From assembly GCA_028704015.1 (NCBI GenBank), contig JAQVLT010000001.1, positions 39,484 to 103,483 of the forward strand: a stretch of 64,000 nt of DNA. The letters are read 5' to 3'. A program made the position numbers and the translations under genes. This DNA comes from Patescibacteria group bacterium. Its GTDB lineage: Bacteria > Patescibacteriota > Patescibacteriia > Patescibacteriales > JAQVLT01. The notes under the pieces are model-generated. The model was not told where the DNA came from and made no database searches. It worked only from the letters and a program-made list of their open reading frames with translations. Below, piece by piece: positions 9,125 through 19,114 of the stretch (its first letter is position 1; every line of letters starts with the position of its first letter).

Positions 9125-9766
9125 TCACATTGTTTCAACTTCCAAGTACACTACAAAAGCTTTTCTTATCCAAAACTCGGCTGTCTGCAGTGTACTGCAA
9201 AAGCTAAGGACGCGCCATGGCCGATCGCGGATTACACCGGACCATCCGTCAAAGTTAAAGGAGAAAGCGATGTCCTTACCGTTGCGGACAGTGAGGACGA
9301 TCGCATGAAAACGTCCGGATTTACTAGTTTCCAGAATTATCTCTACCGTAAGCCCATAAGACTCAATTTCAGTCCTGAGACTTTTCGGTAATATTCCTGC
9401 TGAAATCTCCTTAAATGCTTCTTCCCTCATTTTTTGCCTTCTTGTCTGCAAGGCATTAAGAGGAGAGCTGGCAGAGATTATTTCAATGTCTTTTATCCCT
9501 CTTTCCGCGGAAAAAAGAAAATTTCCATTACTCCAGGCCGCTCCGGTAGGGAAGGTCATTCCAAGCTTCCCATTTCCCTCCCACCTTCTTGATAAAAGAA
9601 TGGCAGCTACAAGTGCCGAATTGTCGAAACGAACAAGGCCGTTATTTTGCATTAAGTTTAGAAGGTTCAATGTTTCAAGACCATCTTCTCCACCCACAAA
9701 CGTAATTCGCAAGGGTTGGAGAAAATAATGTCTCTTTGCCATCTCTTCCAGTGTTTGTCTGTCCAT
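9125..9766 (-). CDS. hypothetical protein (GC-rich ORFan cassette)
   Basis: ORF with ATG at 9766 preceded by GAGAGGTG 6 nt upstream. GC-rich; no motif recognised. The track start (GTG at 9775) is less likely. Confidence 0.5.
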   Translation of the reverse strand: MDRQTLEEMAKRHYFLQPLRITFVGGEDGLETLNLLNLMQNNGLVRFDNSALVAAILLSRRWEGNGKLGMTFPTGAAWSNGNFLFSAERGIKDIEIISASSPLNALQTRRQKMREEAFKEISAGILPKSLRTEIESYGLTVEIILETSKSGRFHAIVLTVRNGKDIAFSFNFDGWSGVIRDRPWRVLSFCSTLQTAEFWIRKAFVVYLEVETM

Positions 9767-9916
9767 TTTATTCACCTCTCATTAAAAGGATTAAAATCAA
9801 AGATAAAATATCTTAATCTTGCGACCCAACACATTATCATGTTTTGCGGGGCTTGTCAACGCCAATCAAAAAAGAACCTTTTTAGGCTCTTTTTTATATT
9901 CATAAATTTGTACTTC

Positions 9917-9968
9917 TGTGGACCGGACCCGCCACCTAGCCGGTCGCTACCGGCTCGCTCTGCCAGAG
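9917..9968 (-). pseudogene. decayed tRNA-Ala copy (anticodon arm replaced by a GC hairpin, T-loop deleted)
   Basis: Reverse complement reads TCTGGCAGAGCG-[AGCCGGTAGCGACCGGCT]-AGGTGGCGGG-TCCGGTCCACA and aligns to the adjacent intact tRNA-Ala. Confidence 0.7.
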
Positions 9969-9988
9969 AAAAACTTATTTTTTGAGTG

Positions 9989-10061
9989 TGGACCGGACAG
10001 GACTCGAACCCGCCACCTCCTCGGTGCAAACGAGGCGCTCTACCAGATGAGCTACCGGCCC
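9989..10061 (-). tRNA. tRNA-Ala (anticodon UGC)
   Basis: Hand-folded cloverleaf: acceptor GGGCCGG/CCGGTCC with G3:U70, anticodon loop TTTGCAC, T-loop GGTTCGAGTCC. Confidence 0.9.
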
Positions 10062-10137
10062 ATAAAATTTACGATTTACGAATTATAATTTAGATATTTT
10101 TTATTAACCTATCTTCTAATATTCTTAACTGCTTTCC

Positions 10138-10229
10138 CTGCGCAAACGAGGCACTCGGACCCTGTCCCGATTAATATCGGGAAGATGCTTGTCCGCCGAA
10201 GCTTTAGCGTAGGCGGAAGCTACCGGCCC
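10138..10229 (-). pseudogene. decayed 5' half of tRNA-Ala interrupted by two GC hairpins
   Basis: Reverse complement: GGGCCGGTAGCT-[TCCGCC..GGCGGA]-..-[TCCCGATATTAATCGGGA]-..GTGCCTCGTTTGCGCAGG. Confidence 0.6.
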
Positions 10230-10350
10230 AAAAACAACAACAACTTTTAACACTCAGCAATTAACTGCAAAAAACAAAAGGCAGGTAAAATTATTACCTA
10301 CGCCTTATTAAAATATCTTATTTTTATAAAAAAAGCAAGTGCTAATAGTA

Positions 10351-10602
10351 TTATGGCTGGCTATATCGCAAAAGCGGCGAAAAAACCCAGGTTATGAACC
10401 CACCAATCATACCGGTCATAATCAAGATGCCAATAAAAATCGCAATAATACCGGTTAATTTATAACCCAACCTGGAGCCGCCCTCTGTCCCCAAGTGCGC
10501 TTCAAACCAAGCAATTCGGCCAAAAAAACTAAGTATATCTTCGGTTCTTACCACCATATACGCTCCAACCACCATAATAAAAATTCCTAAAATTATTGTC
10601 AT
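10351..10602 (-). CDS. small membrane protein, hypothetical
   Basis: 83 aa with two to three hydrophobic helices; ATG start. Confidence 0.45.
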   Translation of the reverse strand: MTIILGIFIMVVGAYMVVRTEDILSFFGRIAWFEAHLGTEGGSRLGYKLTGIIAIFIGILIMTGMIGGFITWVFSPLLRYSQP

Positions 10603-10621
10603 AAAAATAAAATTAATTTTA

Positions 10622-11977
10622 TTATCTAATATAGTTTAAAGGATTATACATTACGCCGTTTATAATCACCTCAAAATGCAAATGGGAACCAGTTGACCAA
10701 CCAGTGGAACCCATGGCGCCGATGGTTTGCCCCTTTCTTACTTCATCACCTTTGCCAACATAAAATTTTGACTGGTGGGCATATCTGGTTTTTTTGCCGC
10801 CGCCGTGATCGATCACAATATTATTTCCATAACCAGTACTCCAGCCGGCAAAAATTACCGTACCAGCATCAGCCGCATAAAGCGGCGTGCCAATCTTATT
10901 AGCAATATCAAGGCCATGATGCCGCCAGGAATAATATTGGGTAATGCGATAACCTTGCGTCGGCCAATTCATCTTGTTGCCAGCAGCCGGTGAGGCGCTT
11001 GATGGTTTCACCATATCTTTAATCGCGGAAATTCCTGAATAACGCGCAGTTTGCGAGCTGGCATAACGTGATTTTGAGCCGCCTGGGATAATTAATCTTT
11101 GTCCTATTTTCAAATCATTAATGTTGCTCATGCCATTAGCTTCCATTATTTTCTGCGATTCCACGTTATAAAGAGACGAGATCTTACCCAAATTTTCCCC
11201 ACGCACCACTTTGTGCACTACTCCGGTTACCGGCAAAATTGAAATAATCTGCCCAGGCCTAATCAAGCTAAAAGCGCTTAAATTATTTTCCCACAAAATT
11301 GTATTCACGCTAATTTCAAAATCTTCCGCTATCGTACTAACCGTATCGCCGATTTTAACCGTATATTCTATAACTCCTTGGCGCGGTTGTTTTGTTTTTT
11401 TCGTTGCGGCAAATTCCGTCCCTCTAATTGCTAAACCACCTTCGGTAATAGCGCCAATTTCTTCTGATTCCTCCTGAATTTCAGGTACAACAGTTCCGGT
11501 TTTTGATGCATCTCCCAAAGCTTCATTTTGCTCCAAGTAATTTCCCGAGGTAATAGTCGATGTCGCACCCTCGTTCGGCAATTCTTCAATTAAATAATCA
11601 TCTTCAATATCGCCAAATTCGCTAGGAACCAAACTTGACAAAATAGTGTTATGGGCTTGTTCGGAAATGCTTGCCTGCGTCTTTGAAACAAAACTATTTA
11701 AAATTATTATCAATGTTAATATTAAAACTAAAAATTGAGAAGCTCTTTTACTTAGAATAAAATTCAATAAACTGTCCTTAGCCGTCCAGCCAAAAGTTTT
11801 TAAGAAAGAAAGATATAAACTATACAATTTAATTATAATTTTTTTATAAATAAAAATCCAAATTACTCCCAATGGTCTGCTGACAACAATAAAAAAAGCG
11901 GTCAAGAACCTCTTTGCAAATATAAAAAATTTCGCTAAAAATATGAGTATTTCTACTAATATTCTTTTTATTTTCAA
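10622..11977 (-). CDS. LysM-domain M23 family metallopeptidase
   Basis: Two LysM repeats (YTVKIGDTVSTIAEDF, HKVVRGENLGKISSLY) and M23 motifs HHGLDIA and GSTGWSTGSHLHFEV. Start is TTG in the track. Confidence 0.85.
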   Translation of the reverse strand: MKIKRILVEILIFLAKFFIFAKRFLTAFFIVVSRPLGVIWIFIYKKIIIKLYSLYLSFLKTFGWTAKDSLLNFILSKRASQFLVLILTLIIILNSFVSKTQASISEQAHNTILSSLVPSEFGDIEDDYLIEELPNEGATSTITSGNYLEQNEALGDASKTGTVVPEIQEESEEIGAITEGGLAIRGTEFAATKKTKQPRQGVIEYTVKIGDTVSTIAEDFEISVNTILWENNLSAFSLIRPGQIISILPVTGVVHKVVRGENLGKISSLYNVESQKIMEANGMSNINDLKIGQRLIIPGGSKSRYASSQTARYSGISAIKDMVKPSSASPAAGNKMNWPTQGYRITQYYSWRHHGLDIANKIGTPLYAADAGTVIFAGWSTGYGNNIVIDHGGGKKTRYAHQSKFYVGKGDEVRKGQTIGAMGSTGWSTGSHLHFEVIINGVMYNPLNYIR

Positions 11978-12121
11978 GCTTAAATTTCTGCTTATATATT
12001 TAATTTATTGAATCAACTTATAAAATATATTACCATTTTTCATCTATTTAGTCAAAAAAAATTGACGAATAAACTTTACTTTTATATAATAAAATTTAGA
12101 AGTATTTTTAATATATATTTT

Positions 12122-12343
12122 ATGGAAGAAATAATAAACGAAATTATTGCCTTGACTAAAAAGAAAATGCGTGAACAAGGAGGCTATGACAGAGATGCCT
12201 ACAAACAATTTGTGGAAGAAACAATTGAATATTATCTTGAGAAAGGAAAATTAGACGATGACGAAAACTTAGAACTCCTGGAAACTGAAATTCTAGAACG
12301 CTGGGACAATATCAAAGAAACGTTGGCCAACGAAAATATATAA
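12122..12343 (+). CDS. small acidic hypothetical protein
   Basis: ATG at 12122 (MEEIINEI...). The track start TTG at 12008 lies in AT-rich spacer. Confidence 0.4.
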   Translation: MEEIINEIIALTKKKMREQGGYDRDAYKQFVEETIEYYLEKGKLDDDENLELLETEILERWDNIKETLANENI

Positions 12344-12360
12344 AACCGTCTTCATAAAAT

Positions 12361-12397
12361 AAAAAGAGATGGAAAATTTTTTCCATCTCTTTTTTTA
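12361..12397. terminator. bidirectional hairpin terminator
   Basis: gagatggaaaa/ttttccatctc stem between an A-run and a T-run, between convergent genes. Confidence 0.7.
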
Positions 12398-12438
12398 AAA
12401 TCTTAATAATCTTAAAAGTCTTAATAACCCCAAAAATC

Positions 12439-14268
12439 CTATACTTTAATCGTTACTGGCAGAACCATCGGCCGTCTTTTTGTTTTATTGAATAAAAATT
12501 GTCCAATATCATCGCGGATTTTATTTTTTACCATATCCACGCCTGCTTTATTCATAGTATCGTTATCCTTTACAATCTTTTTTACTTTCATTCTAGTTTC
12601 TTCAATCAAGTCTTTATTCTCTTTCATATAAACAAAACCACGCGAAATAATATCTGGATTGCCAATTGGATCGCCGGTTTTAGAATCAATCGTCGCAATA
12701 ATTACGATCATTCCGTCCTCCGCCATCACCCGCCGATCACGTAAAACGATATTAGAAACATCACCTACGCCCAAACCGTCAACCATAACATAATCAGAAA
12801 TTAATTTTTCTTTTGTCAATTGCCCGACTGTTCCACTTGGTGTTTTTTTAAACTCTACCACCTGCCCATTGTCAGCTACAAAAATTTTTTCTGGAGTAAT
12901 ACCAACTTGCTCCGCTAAATCAGCATGCGCTTGAAGCATATAATGATTAGCTTCAATTGGCATAAAATACTCCGGCTTCAAAAGCCGCATCATTAATTTC
13001 AAATCTTCTTGTTTAGCATGTCCTCCTGCATGAACATCCATCATTTCATAATGAATGATTTTGGCGCCCTGTCTAACTATCATATCTTTTAAATTTTGAA
13101 TAGTGCGCTCATTGCCGGGAATTACCGAGGAGGAAAAAATAACCGTATCTCCTTTTTTTAAACTTAATGAGCGATGTTCTCCGCTTACTACTCTCTTAAG
13201 AAAAGCGTTAGCTTCACCCTGCGCCCCGGTACCAACTATAATCAATTTTTCATCCGGTAATTTTCTCACCTCATTGTCCTCAACTAAAATTTTCGGATTA
13301 AATTTCAAATAGCCGATTTGGTGCGCTATTTCCACATTGTCGTTCATTGAACGGCCTTGCAGGAGCAATCTTCGATTATATTTCGCCGCTAAATCAAAAA
13401 TCTTTTGAACACGTGAAAGTTGAGAAGCAAAAGTTCCAATAATAATACGCCCAGTACTTTTTTCAAAAATCTTTCCCAATTCATCTCCAATAGACGACTC
13501 AGAAATTTGGTATCCAATATGTGTAGCATCGGTGGAATCAGACATTAGAAACAACACGCCTTGTCCTCCGAGCTGCGCAATACGATTCAAATCCGCCGGC
13601 TTATCATTTACCGGTGAATAATCAATTTTAAAATCTCCAGTATGAATAATAGACCCTAATGGCGTACGAATAACCACGGCAAAACAATCGGGAATAGAAT
13701 GATTAACGCGCAAAAATTCTATACGAAAATTTTTACCCAATTGGACTGATGATTTTTCATCAATTTCGGAAATGTTTAATCGCGGGCATTTTCTAAATTC
13801 TTCACAACGTTTTTTAACCAAACCTGCAGTTAATTTACCCATAAACATCGGCGGATTTCCGATTTCTCCCATAATATGAGGGATACCGCCAATATGGTCC
13901 ATATGCCCATGAGTTATAATAACGCCCCTGATTCTATCTTTTTTGTCTTGTAAATAATTTATATTGGGAATGATATAATCAATTCCCGGCATATCTTCTT
14001 CTGGAAATTGCAAGCCCAAGTCAATAATGATAATATCATCGCCAAACTCAATGATAGTCATATTACGGCCTACTTCCTCAAGCCCGCCCATAACCATTAC
14101 TCTTAATGTTTCTTCTCCGCTCGTCCGGCCGACAATCGATGTCGGCGTTGTTGTTCGTCTGGCGAAACCAACTTGCGGTTGACCATGTCTAAAACGCCTC
14201 GGCGCCATTCGACGGTCAGAACCGCTTAAATATCTTTTTCTTGTTTCTGATGTGTATTTTGTAATCAT
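12439..14268 (-). CDS. rnj: ribonuclease J (metallo-beta-lactamase/beta-CASP RNase)
   Basis: HGHMDHIGG motif and overall RNase J layout. Carries a ~50-aa Arg-rich N-terminal extension. Confidence 0.9.
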   Translation of the reverse strand: MITKYTSETRKRYLSGSDRRMAPRRFRHGQPQVGFARRTTTPTSIVGRTSGEETLRVMVMGGLEEVGRNMTIIEFGDDIIIIDLGLQFPEEDMPGIDYIIPNINYLQDKKDRIRGVIITHGHMDHIGGIPHIMGEIGNPPMFMGKLTAGLVKKRCEEFRKCPRLNISEIDEKSSVQLGKNFRIEFLRVNHSIPDCFAVVIRTPLGSIIHTGDFKIDYSPVNDKPADLNRIAQLGGQGVLFLMSDSTDATHIGYQISESSIGDELGKIFEKSTGRIIIGTFASQLSRVQKIFDLAAKYNRRLLLQGRSMNDNVEIAHQIGYLKFNPKILVEDNEVRKLPDEKLIIVGTGAQGEANAFLKRVVSGEHRSLSLKKGDTVIFSSSVIPGNERTIQNLKDMIVRQGAKIIHYEMMDVHAGGHAKQEDLKLMMRLLKPEYFMPIEANHYMLQAHADLAEQVGITPEKIFVADNGQVVEFKKTPSGTVGQLTKEKLISDYVMVDGLGVGDVSNIVLRDRRVMAEDGMIVIIATIDSKTGDPIGNPDIISRGFVYMKENKDLIEETRMKVKKIVKDNDTMNKAGVDMVKNKIRDDIGQFLFNKTKRRPMVLPVTIKV

Positions 14269-14393
14269 ACATTATAAAAGCTAACTAAACTATTATAAAA
14301 AATAAATTGAGTTCGCTTATTTGTTATTATTTTAATTAAAGAGACCAAAATTTTAGTTATAAAACTTTAAATCTTGCATGAATAAACCGAAAT

Positions 14394-14957
14394 TTAATTC
14401 AATAACGGTTCTAATTTTTTTAATAAATCGTCAAATTTTGTATAATTCGTTTTTTTATTAAAGTGTCCGGCATTTGGGACAAACGAAAGTTCAACCCCCA
14501 ACTCCCTGGCGAGCTCTTTGCCATTATCAAACGATACATAAGGATCGTTATCGGATTGAAAAATAACAAAATTTTTTGCCTTACTCTTAATAATTGGCCA
14601 GTCAAAAGAAAAACCGCTAAAACTACTATCGCGATTATAGTTTAAAATCGGCTTAAATCCGATAGGTGTTCCAACTAAGATTGCCGCCCTCACCGAATGC
14701 TTTAATTTCTCCAATATCCGAAGAGTAAAAACTCCTCCCAAGCTATGGCCAATAAGGATAGTATCCTCGTTAATATATTGTTCGTAGTTTTTTAGAACTT
14801 TATACCACTCATCTATCTTCGCTGGCACAACCGGCGGCGATGGAAATTGAGGCACAAAAACTTGGTGTCCCATTGTTTCAAGTTTTTTCTTAAGCCAGGG
14901 AAACCAATTTTCTTCGGGATAACCTTCTGTGCCGTGAAATATAAATATATTATTCAT
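14394..14957 (-). CDS. alpha/beta serine hydrolase (YdeN/RBBP9-like)
   Basis: IFIFHG, nucleophile elbow GHSLGG, C-terminal D and H (NAGHFN). Confidence 0.65.
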   Translation of the reverse strand: MNNIFIFHGTEGYPEENWFPWLKKKLETMGHQVFVPQFPSPPVVPAKIDEWYKVLKNYEQYINEDTILIGHSLGGVFTLRILEKLKHSVRAAILVGTPIGFKPILNYNRDSSFSGFSFDWPIIKSKAKNFVIFQSDNDPYVSFDNGKELARELGVELSFVPNAGHFNKKTNYTKFDDLLKKLEPLLN

Positions 14958-14994
14958 AATATTAAATCAGTAATCGGAAATCTTAAATTCCATG

Positions 14995-15076
14995 TGCCGA
15001 AGAGAGGACTCGAACCTCCAAGGATTGCTCCACATGCTCCTGAAGCATGCGTGTATACCAATTTCACCACTTCGGC
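14995..15076 (-). tRNA. tRNA-Leu (anticodon CAG)
   Basis: Acceptor GCCGAAG/CTTCGGC, anticodon loop TTCAGGA, long variable arm. Confidence 0.9.
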
Positions 15077-15203
15077 GCTCAATCTTAATTTTCAATAAAT
15101 TAAAAATTGTTTGAAAACCTGCCTCGCCGATAAGCGGATTAAAAATTAATAATTGAAAATTGAAAATTTTTGTTACGTGCTATGTGATACGTGCTACGTG
15201 AAG

Positions 15204-17168
15204 TTACCAAACTAATTTTTTGGAAGTTTTTATATACCACTCAAAAATATCATTAAATCGGTCGGAAGGTATTAAAATATTTCTCATATCAAAGCCGTAA
15301 ACGGTTTTTCCTTGTACATAAATATAATTAGAAGAATAGAGAAATATAGCTGGCACTTCTTCCGCTATAATTTCTTGAAATTTTTTGTACTTTTCTATTC
15401 TGTCTTCTTGCTTCAAAGCAACTCGTGCTTCTTCCAGCAATTGATCGGCCTCTTTGTTGGAAAAATTGGAAATATTTAATCCTGATTCGCTAATTTGCGA
15501 AGAATGCCAGAAGGCATAACAATCCGGATCAATCCCAAGCGCTTGTCCATAGAGTAATACTTCAAAATTTCTCGGTTTAATTACTTCTAAAGGCAGTTGA
15601 TTGGCAGAGAGGACGTTAATTTCTGTTTTTACTCCCAGAATTTCCCAATATTTTTTTATCGCTTCCGCCATCTTGATATAATTTTCATTATCAACGGTAG
15701 TCAGAGTAATAACGAAGTAATTTTTTGTTTTGTCGCTGGCTTCTTTATATAGCCAATTCCCTACACCCATTTTTGTTTTTGTTTCAGCTTCTTTTTTCAA
15801 GGCGCTATCCTCTGATTTTAAATCTTCCTGGGCCTTAGCCAAATCCGCTTCAGTTATTTCGGCCTGCAACCATTTAGCATTAGTAAAAACTTTTTTTGCT
15901 TCTTCCTGGTCAAATTTATATTTCTTAATATCATTTTTATAGGCAAAATTTGATGGCAAAATAGGACCGTCAATCACATGCGCGTTGCTACTAAATATTT
16001 GAGAAACCATCTCGCTTTTATTCAAAGCTTCTGCCAAAGCTTGGCGTATTTTTTTGTCCTGCAAATTAGAATTACCTTTCAGATTAAAAAATATAGCCGT
16101 CAAACGAGTAGAATTAAGATTATGAAAATTTAAAGAATCCTGAGAAATAATTTTTTCTTTTAAATTTGAAGGAAGATAGCTTATGCCATCAACATCATTA
16201 TTATTAAGAGCATCGATTGATTCTTCGTTGGATGCATAATATTTAAAAACAATACTCTCAATATTTGGCTTCTGGCCATAATAAACTTCATTTAAAGACA
16301 AACTAAAAGACTTTATATTGCCAGCTCTATCTTTTACATATTTTTCAAATTTGTAAGGTCCGGAACCGACTGGTTTTAAATTTAATTCGGCCAAACGTGC
16401 TGTTTCCGGCTGAATTTGCGACCATAATTCCTGCGGCATAATGCCAAAAGTCAAAAGCCCCAAAAATGGCGCGTAAGGTTCAGACAAATTAAATTTAAGC
16501 GTTTCTTCGTCAACTTTTTCAATATCCACCCCGGAAAATGTAGGCCGCCAAGGTGATTTATACTGGCTGTCTTTAATCGCATTAAAAGTAAACACAATGT
16601 CGTTAACGGTAACATTTCCTAAATTTCCTTGCCATTTGGCATCTGTACGAATTTTAACCGTATAAACCTTATTGTCCTCGCTTATTTCATAAGAACGAGC
16701 CAAGTCATTGGTTATCTCACCATCTTTTCCGCGCTTGAACAAAGAAGAAAAAATCAAAGTTTCCAAATCACTATCAGCATCATTGGCGATAGAATAGAGA
16801 GGATTAACATATTTAGGCGTACCAACCACTCCTTCGGTGTACATTCCCCCTAACGCCGGCACAACAACTAAGTTATTTTTATAAAATTGCCTACCCAATA
16901 ATATCAAACTTAATATAATAACTATAAAAGAAATACGCACCACCCACAATTCAATCGGCGATAAAAATTTTTTTATATACTTTATTTGCCTTAAGCTGGG
17001 TATTTTTGATTTGGACAAAGAATAAATTAATTTTTTGTCTAGTTCTGTATGGCTGGAATAATTAGTGCTTTTAAAATTTAACTTTCTCTTCAGGGAACCA
17101 AAAAAAATAACTAACTGACTTTTAGCCTGATTATACAAAGACAAAATTTTATTTTTTAATGAGTCCAC
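15204..17168 (-). CDS. ABC transporter substrate-binding protein, family 5 (peptide/nickel type), membrane-anchored
   Basis: 654 aa with an N-terminal TM helix and SBP_bac_5-like core (VGSGPYKFEKY). GTG start in the track. Confidence 0.6.
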   Translation of the reverse strand: MDSLKNKILSLYNQAKSQLVIFFGSLKRKLNFKSTNYSSHTELDKKLIYSLSKSKIPSLRQIKYIKKFLSPIELWVVRISFIVIILSLILLGRQFYKNNLVVVPALGGMYTEGVVGTPKYVNPLYSIANDADSDLETLIFSSLFKRGKDGEITNDLARSYEISEDNKVYTVKIRTDAKWQGNLGNVTVNDIVFTFNAIKDSQYKSPWRPTFSGVDIEKVDEETLKFNLSEPYAPFLGLLTFGIMPQELWSQIQPETARLAELNLKPVGSGPYKFEKYVKDRAGNIKSFSLSLNEVYYGQKPNIESIVFKYYASNEESIDALNNNDVDGISYLPSNLKEKIISQDSLNFHNLNSTRLTAIFFNLKGNSNLQDKKIRQALAEALNKSEMVSQIFSSNAHVIDGPILPSNFAYKNDIKKYKFDQEEAKKVFTNAKWLQAEITEADLAKAQEDLKSEDSALKKEAETKTKMGVGNWLYKEASDKTKNYFVITLTTVDNENYIKMAEAIKKYWEILGVKTEINVLSANQLPLEVIKPRNFEVLLYGQALGIDPDCYAFWHSSQISESGLNISNFSNKEADQLLEEARVALKQEDRIEKYKKFQEIIAEEVPAIFLYSSNYIYVQGKTVYGFDMRNILIPSDRFNDIFEWYIKTSKKLVW

Positions 17169-17213
17169 AAAAATATTATAAAATAATATTATGTTTGAGA
17201 GCGAATATTTCTA

Positions 17214-17435
17214 TTATATTAATACTCTAAGCAAGGAGACGGCAAAAAATATAATAGCAATAACTATCGTTGCTTGAAATAATGTTTTATCCAAGCCTCT
17301 CTTGGTGCGAAAAACATTATCGTTACCGCCAAAAATTCCAGAAAGTCCGGCGCCTTTATTTTGCAGAAGTATTGCTAACATTAAACCAACGGCGGAGATT
17401 ATTTGAACAATTTTTAAAATTTTGATCCAATCCAT
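17214..17435 (-). CDS. secG: preprotein translocase subunit SecG
   Basis: 73 aa, two TM helices, LLQNKGAGLSGIFGG motif. Confidence 0.75.
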   Translation of the reverse strand: MDWIKILKIVQIISAVGLMLAILLQNKGAGLSGIFGGNDNVFRTKRGLDKTLFQATIVIAIIFFAVSLLRVLI

Positions 17436-17440
17436 AGTAA

Positions 17441-17788
17441 TTATTTTTTGATTTCATCAACAATCTTTTTTAATATTTCTTTATTGTTTTGAGCTAAATC
17501 AGCCATGACTTTTCGGTCTATTTCTATTTTAGCAGCTTTTAACTTCCCAATAAACTGTGAATATGACATTCCTTGTTCACGCACAAAAGCGCTAATTTTG
17601 ATCTGCCATAATCCACGAGCAAATCTCTTTTTCTTCCGGCGATCTTTAAAAGCATGCGCACCAGCCTTGGTGACGGCTGTTTTAGCTAAACGAATTAATT
17701 TTTTTCTTCCCCATTTATAACCTTTTACTTTCTTTAAAAGATTCTTTCTTCTTTTTACATGGGATGTTCCTCTTTTTACACGTGGCAT
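17441..17788 (-). CDS. rplT: 50S ribosomal protein L20
   Basis: MPRVKRGTSHVKRRKNLLKKVKGY. Confidence 0.95.
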   Translation of the reverse strand: MPRVKRGTSHVKRRKNLLKKVKGYKWGRKKLIRLAKTAVTKAGAHAFKDRRKKKRFARGLWQIKISAFVREQGMSYSQFIGKLKAAKIEIDRKVMADLAQNNKEILKKIVDEIKK

Positions 17789-17898
17789 ATTTTATCTTTG
17801 GGATTTTTAGGATATTTAGGACTTTTATGACTTTTGAGATCTAAATTAATAGCATCTCAATAGCCTCAACAATCCCAACAATCTCAACAATCCTGCGT

Positions 17899-18096
17899 CT
17901 AATTATAAGGGATTAAAGTTTTAATAGTTTTTGTGCTGGTCTTATTTACACCGATATCTCGTCTTTTTAGACGAGTAACCTTGCCCGGTTCCTTAGCATT
18001 AAAATGATCCTGACCAGCCTTTCTTCTTTTTAATTTACCGCTACCGGTAACTGAATATCTTTTAGCTGTAGCTTTGTGAGTTTTGAGTTTTCCCAT
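17899..18096 (-). CDS. rpmI: 50S ribosomal protein L35
   Basis: MGKLKTHKATAKRYSVTGSGKLKRRKAGQDH. Confidence 0.95.
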   Translation of the reverse strand: MGKLKTHKATAKRYSVTGSGKLKRRKAGQDHFNAKEPGKVTRLKRRDIGVNKTSTKTIKTLIPYN

Positions 18097-18207
18097 ATAA
18101 ATAATCTTTAAACTCCACTAATCAATGGATTTTTCTGTACTATGCCCAGGTTGATTTGCGGGTAATAAAATAAAAAAACAGGTTAATATACCTGATTATT
18201 GTATACT

Positions 18208-18765
18208 CTAATTGCTTTTGTTGACTAATAGTATAGTAAACCTTCCGCCCTGTTTTGTCAAGTCCTGCTCTCTAATCAAACTTAAACCTTCGGTCTTTTC
18301 CAATTCTTTAACAAATTGTAAAATTGTCTCGGCGGCTATCTCCGGATGCTGTTTTTCCCTGCCTTTTAGCACTAATTCCACGCGCAACTTGTCGCCTTTT
18401 GCTAAAAATTTTTTGCCTTGTTCTAGACGTACCTGAGAATCATGTTCACTGATACGCACGGACAAACGAATGCCCTTGGTATCCACCTTTTTCTGCTGTA
18501 CTTTTTGCTTATGTATTTTTTTCTCTTGCTCATATTTAAACTGGCCTAAATCCATAATTTTGACAATTGGCGGATTGGCTTTTGGATTAACTTCTACTAA
18601 ATCCAATTCTGCTTCACGCGCTTTTTGCAAAGCCGCAAAAGTAGACATACTGCCCAAAGCTTCACCATTTTCATCAATTACAAAAACTTCAGGAACTCTA
18701 ATTCTTTCATTAGCATTAATAAAAACTTGAATTTTTGGTTTTGCTCTTTGAAATTTACGACGCAT
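18208..18765 (-). CDS. infC: translation initiation factor IF-3
   Basis: INANERIRVPEVFVIDENGE...LDLVEVNPKANPPIVKIMD; sits in the infC-rpmI-rplT order. Confidence 0.95.
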   Translation of the reverse strand: MRRKFQRAKPKIQVFINANERIRVPEVFVIDENGEALGSMSTFAALQKAREAELDLVEVNPKANPPIVKIMDLGQFKYEQEKKIHKQKVQQKKVDTKGIRLSVRISEHDSQVRLEQGKKFLAKGDKLRVELVLKGREKQHPEIAAETILQFVKELEKTEGLSLIREQDLTKQGGRFTILLVNKSN

Positions 18766-18843
18766 CTTTTTAACACTTAACTTTTGACAATTTACAATTA
18801 ACTAAAATTATAAAAATCAAAAATCTTAAATCGAAAATTATAA

Positions 18844-18918
18844 TGGAGCGGGTAACGGGAATCGAACCCGTTTCTTGTCCTTGGCAAGGACACATAATAA
18901 CCATTATACGATACCCGC
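18844..18918 (-). tRNA. tRNA-Gly (anticodon GCC), CCA encoded
   Basis: Acceptor GCGGGTA/TACCCGC, anticodon loop TTGCCAA, GGTTCGATTCC. Confidence 0.9.
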
Positions 18919-19029
18919 ATGATAATTTTTGATTTACGATTTTAGATTTCCGATTTACAGCTATATTATCTTATTGATAGTGCCTGAGATAAAATCTTAA
19001 ATCTAAAATCTTAAATCTAAAATTATTTG
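18919..19029. repeat. spacer copy 1 (homologous to 19115-19222)
   Basis: Shares tgatttacgattttagattt(c/t)cgatttaca..ctatattat and aaatcttaaatc(t/a)aaaatcttaaatctaaaattattt with the next spacer. Confidence 0.8.
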
Positions 19030-19114
19030 TGCCGCGGGAGAGACTCGAACTCTCACGGGTTTTAAATCCAAGGGATTTTAAGTCCCTCGTGTCTACCAGT
19101 TTCACCACCGCGGC
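19030..19114 (-). tRNA. tRNA-Leu (anticodon UAA)
   Basis: Acceptor GCCGCGG/CCGCGGC, anticodon loop CTTAAAA, long variable arm. Confidence 0.9.

Noticed and set aside
14847-15098. 83-aa plus-strand ORF overlapping tRNA-Leu(CAG) and the hydrolase gene start
   Set aside because: It runs across a tRNA gene and antisense to a supported CDS.
18164-18196. Terminator between infC and rpmI
   Set aside because: The stem is only 4-5 bp (cagg/cctg) despite the flanking A/T runs. That is too weak to annotate.
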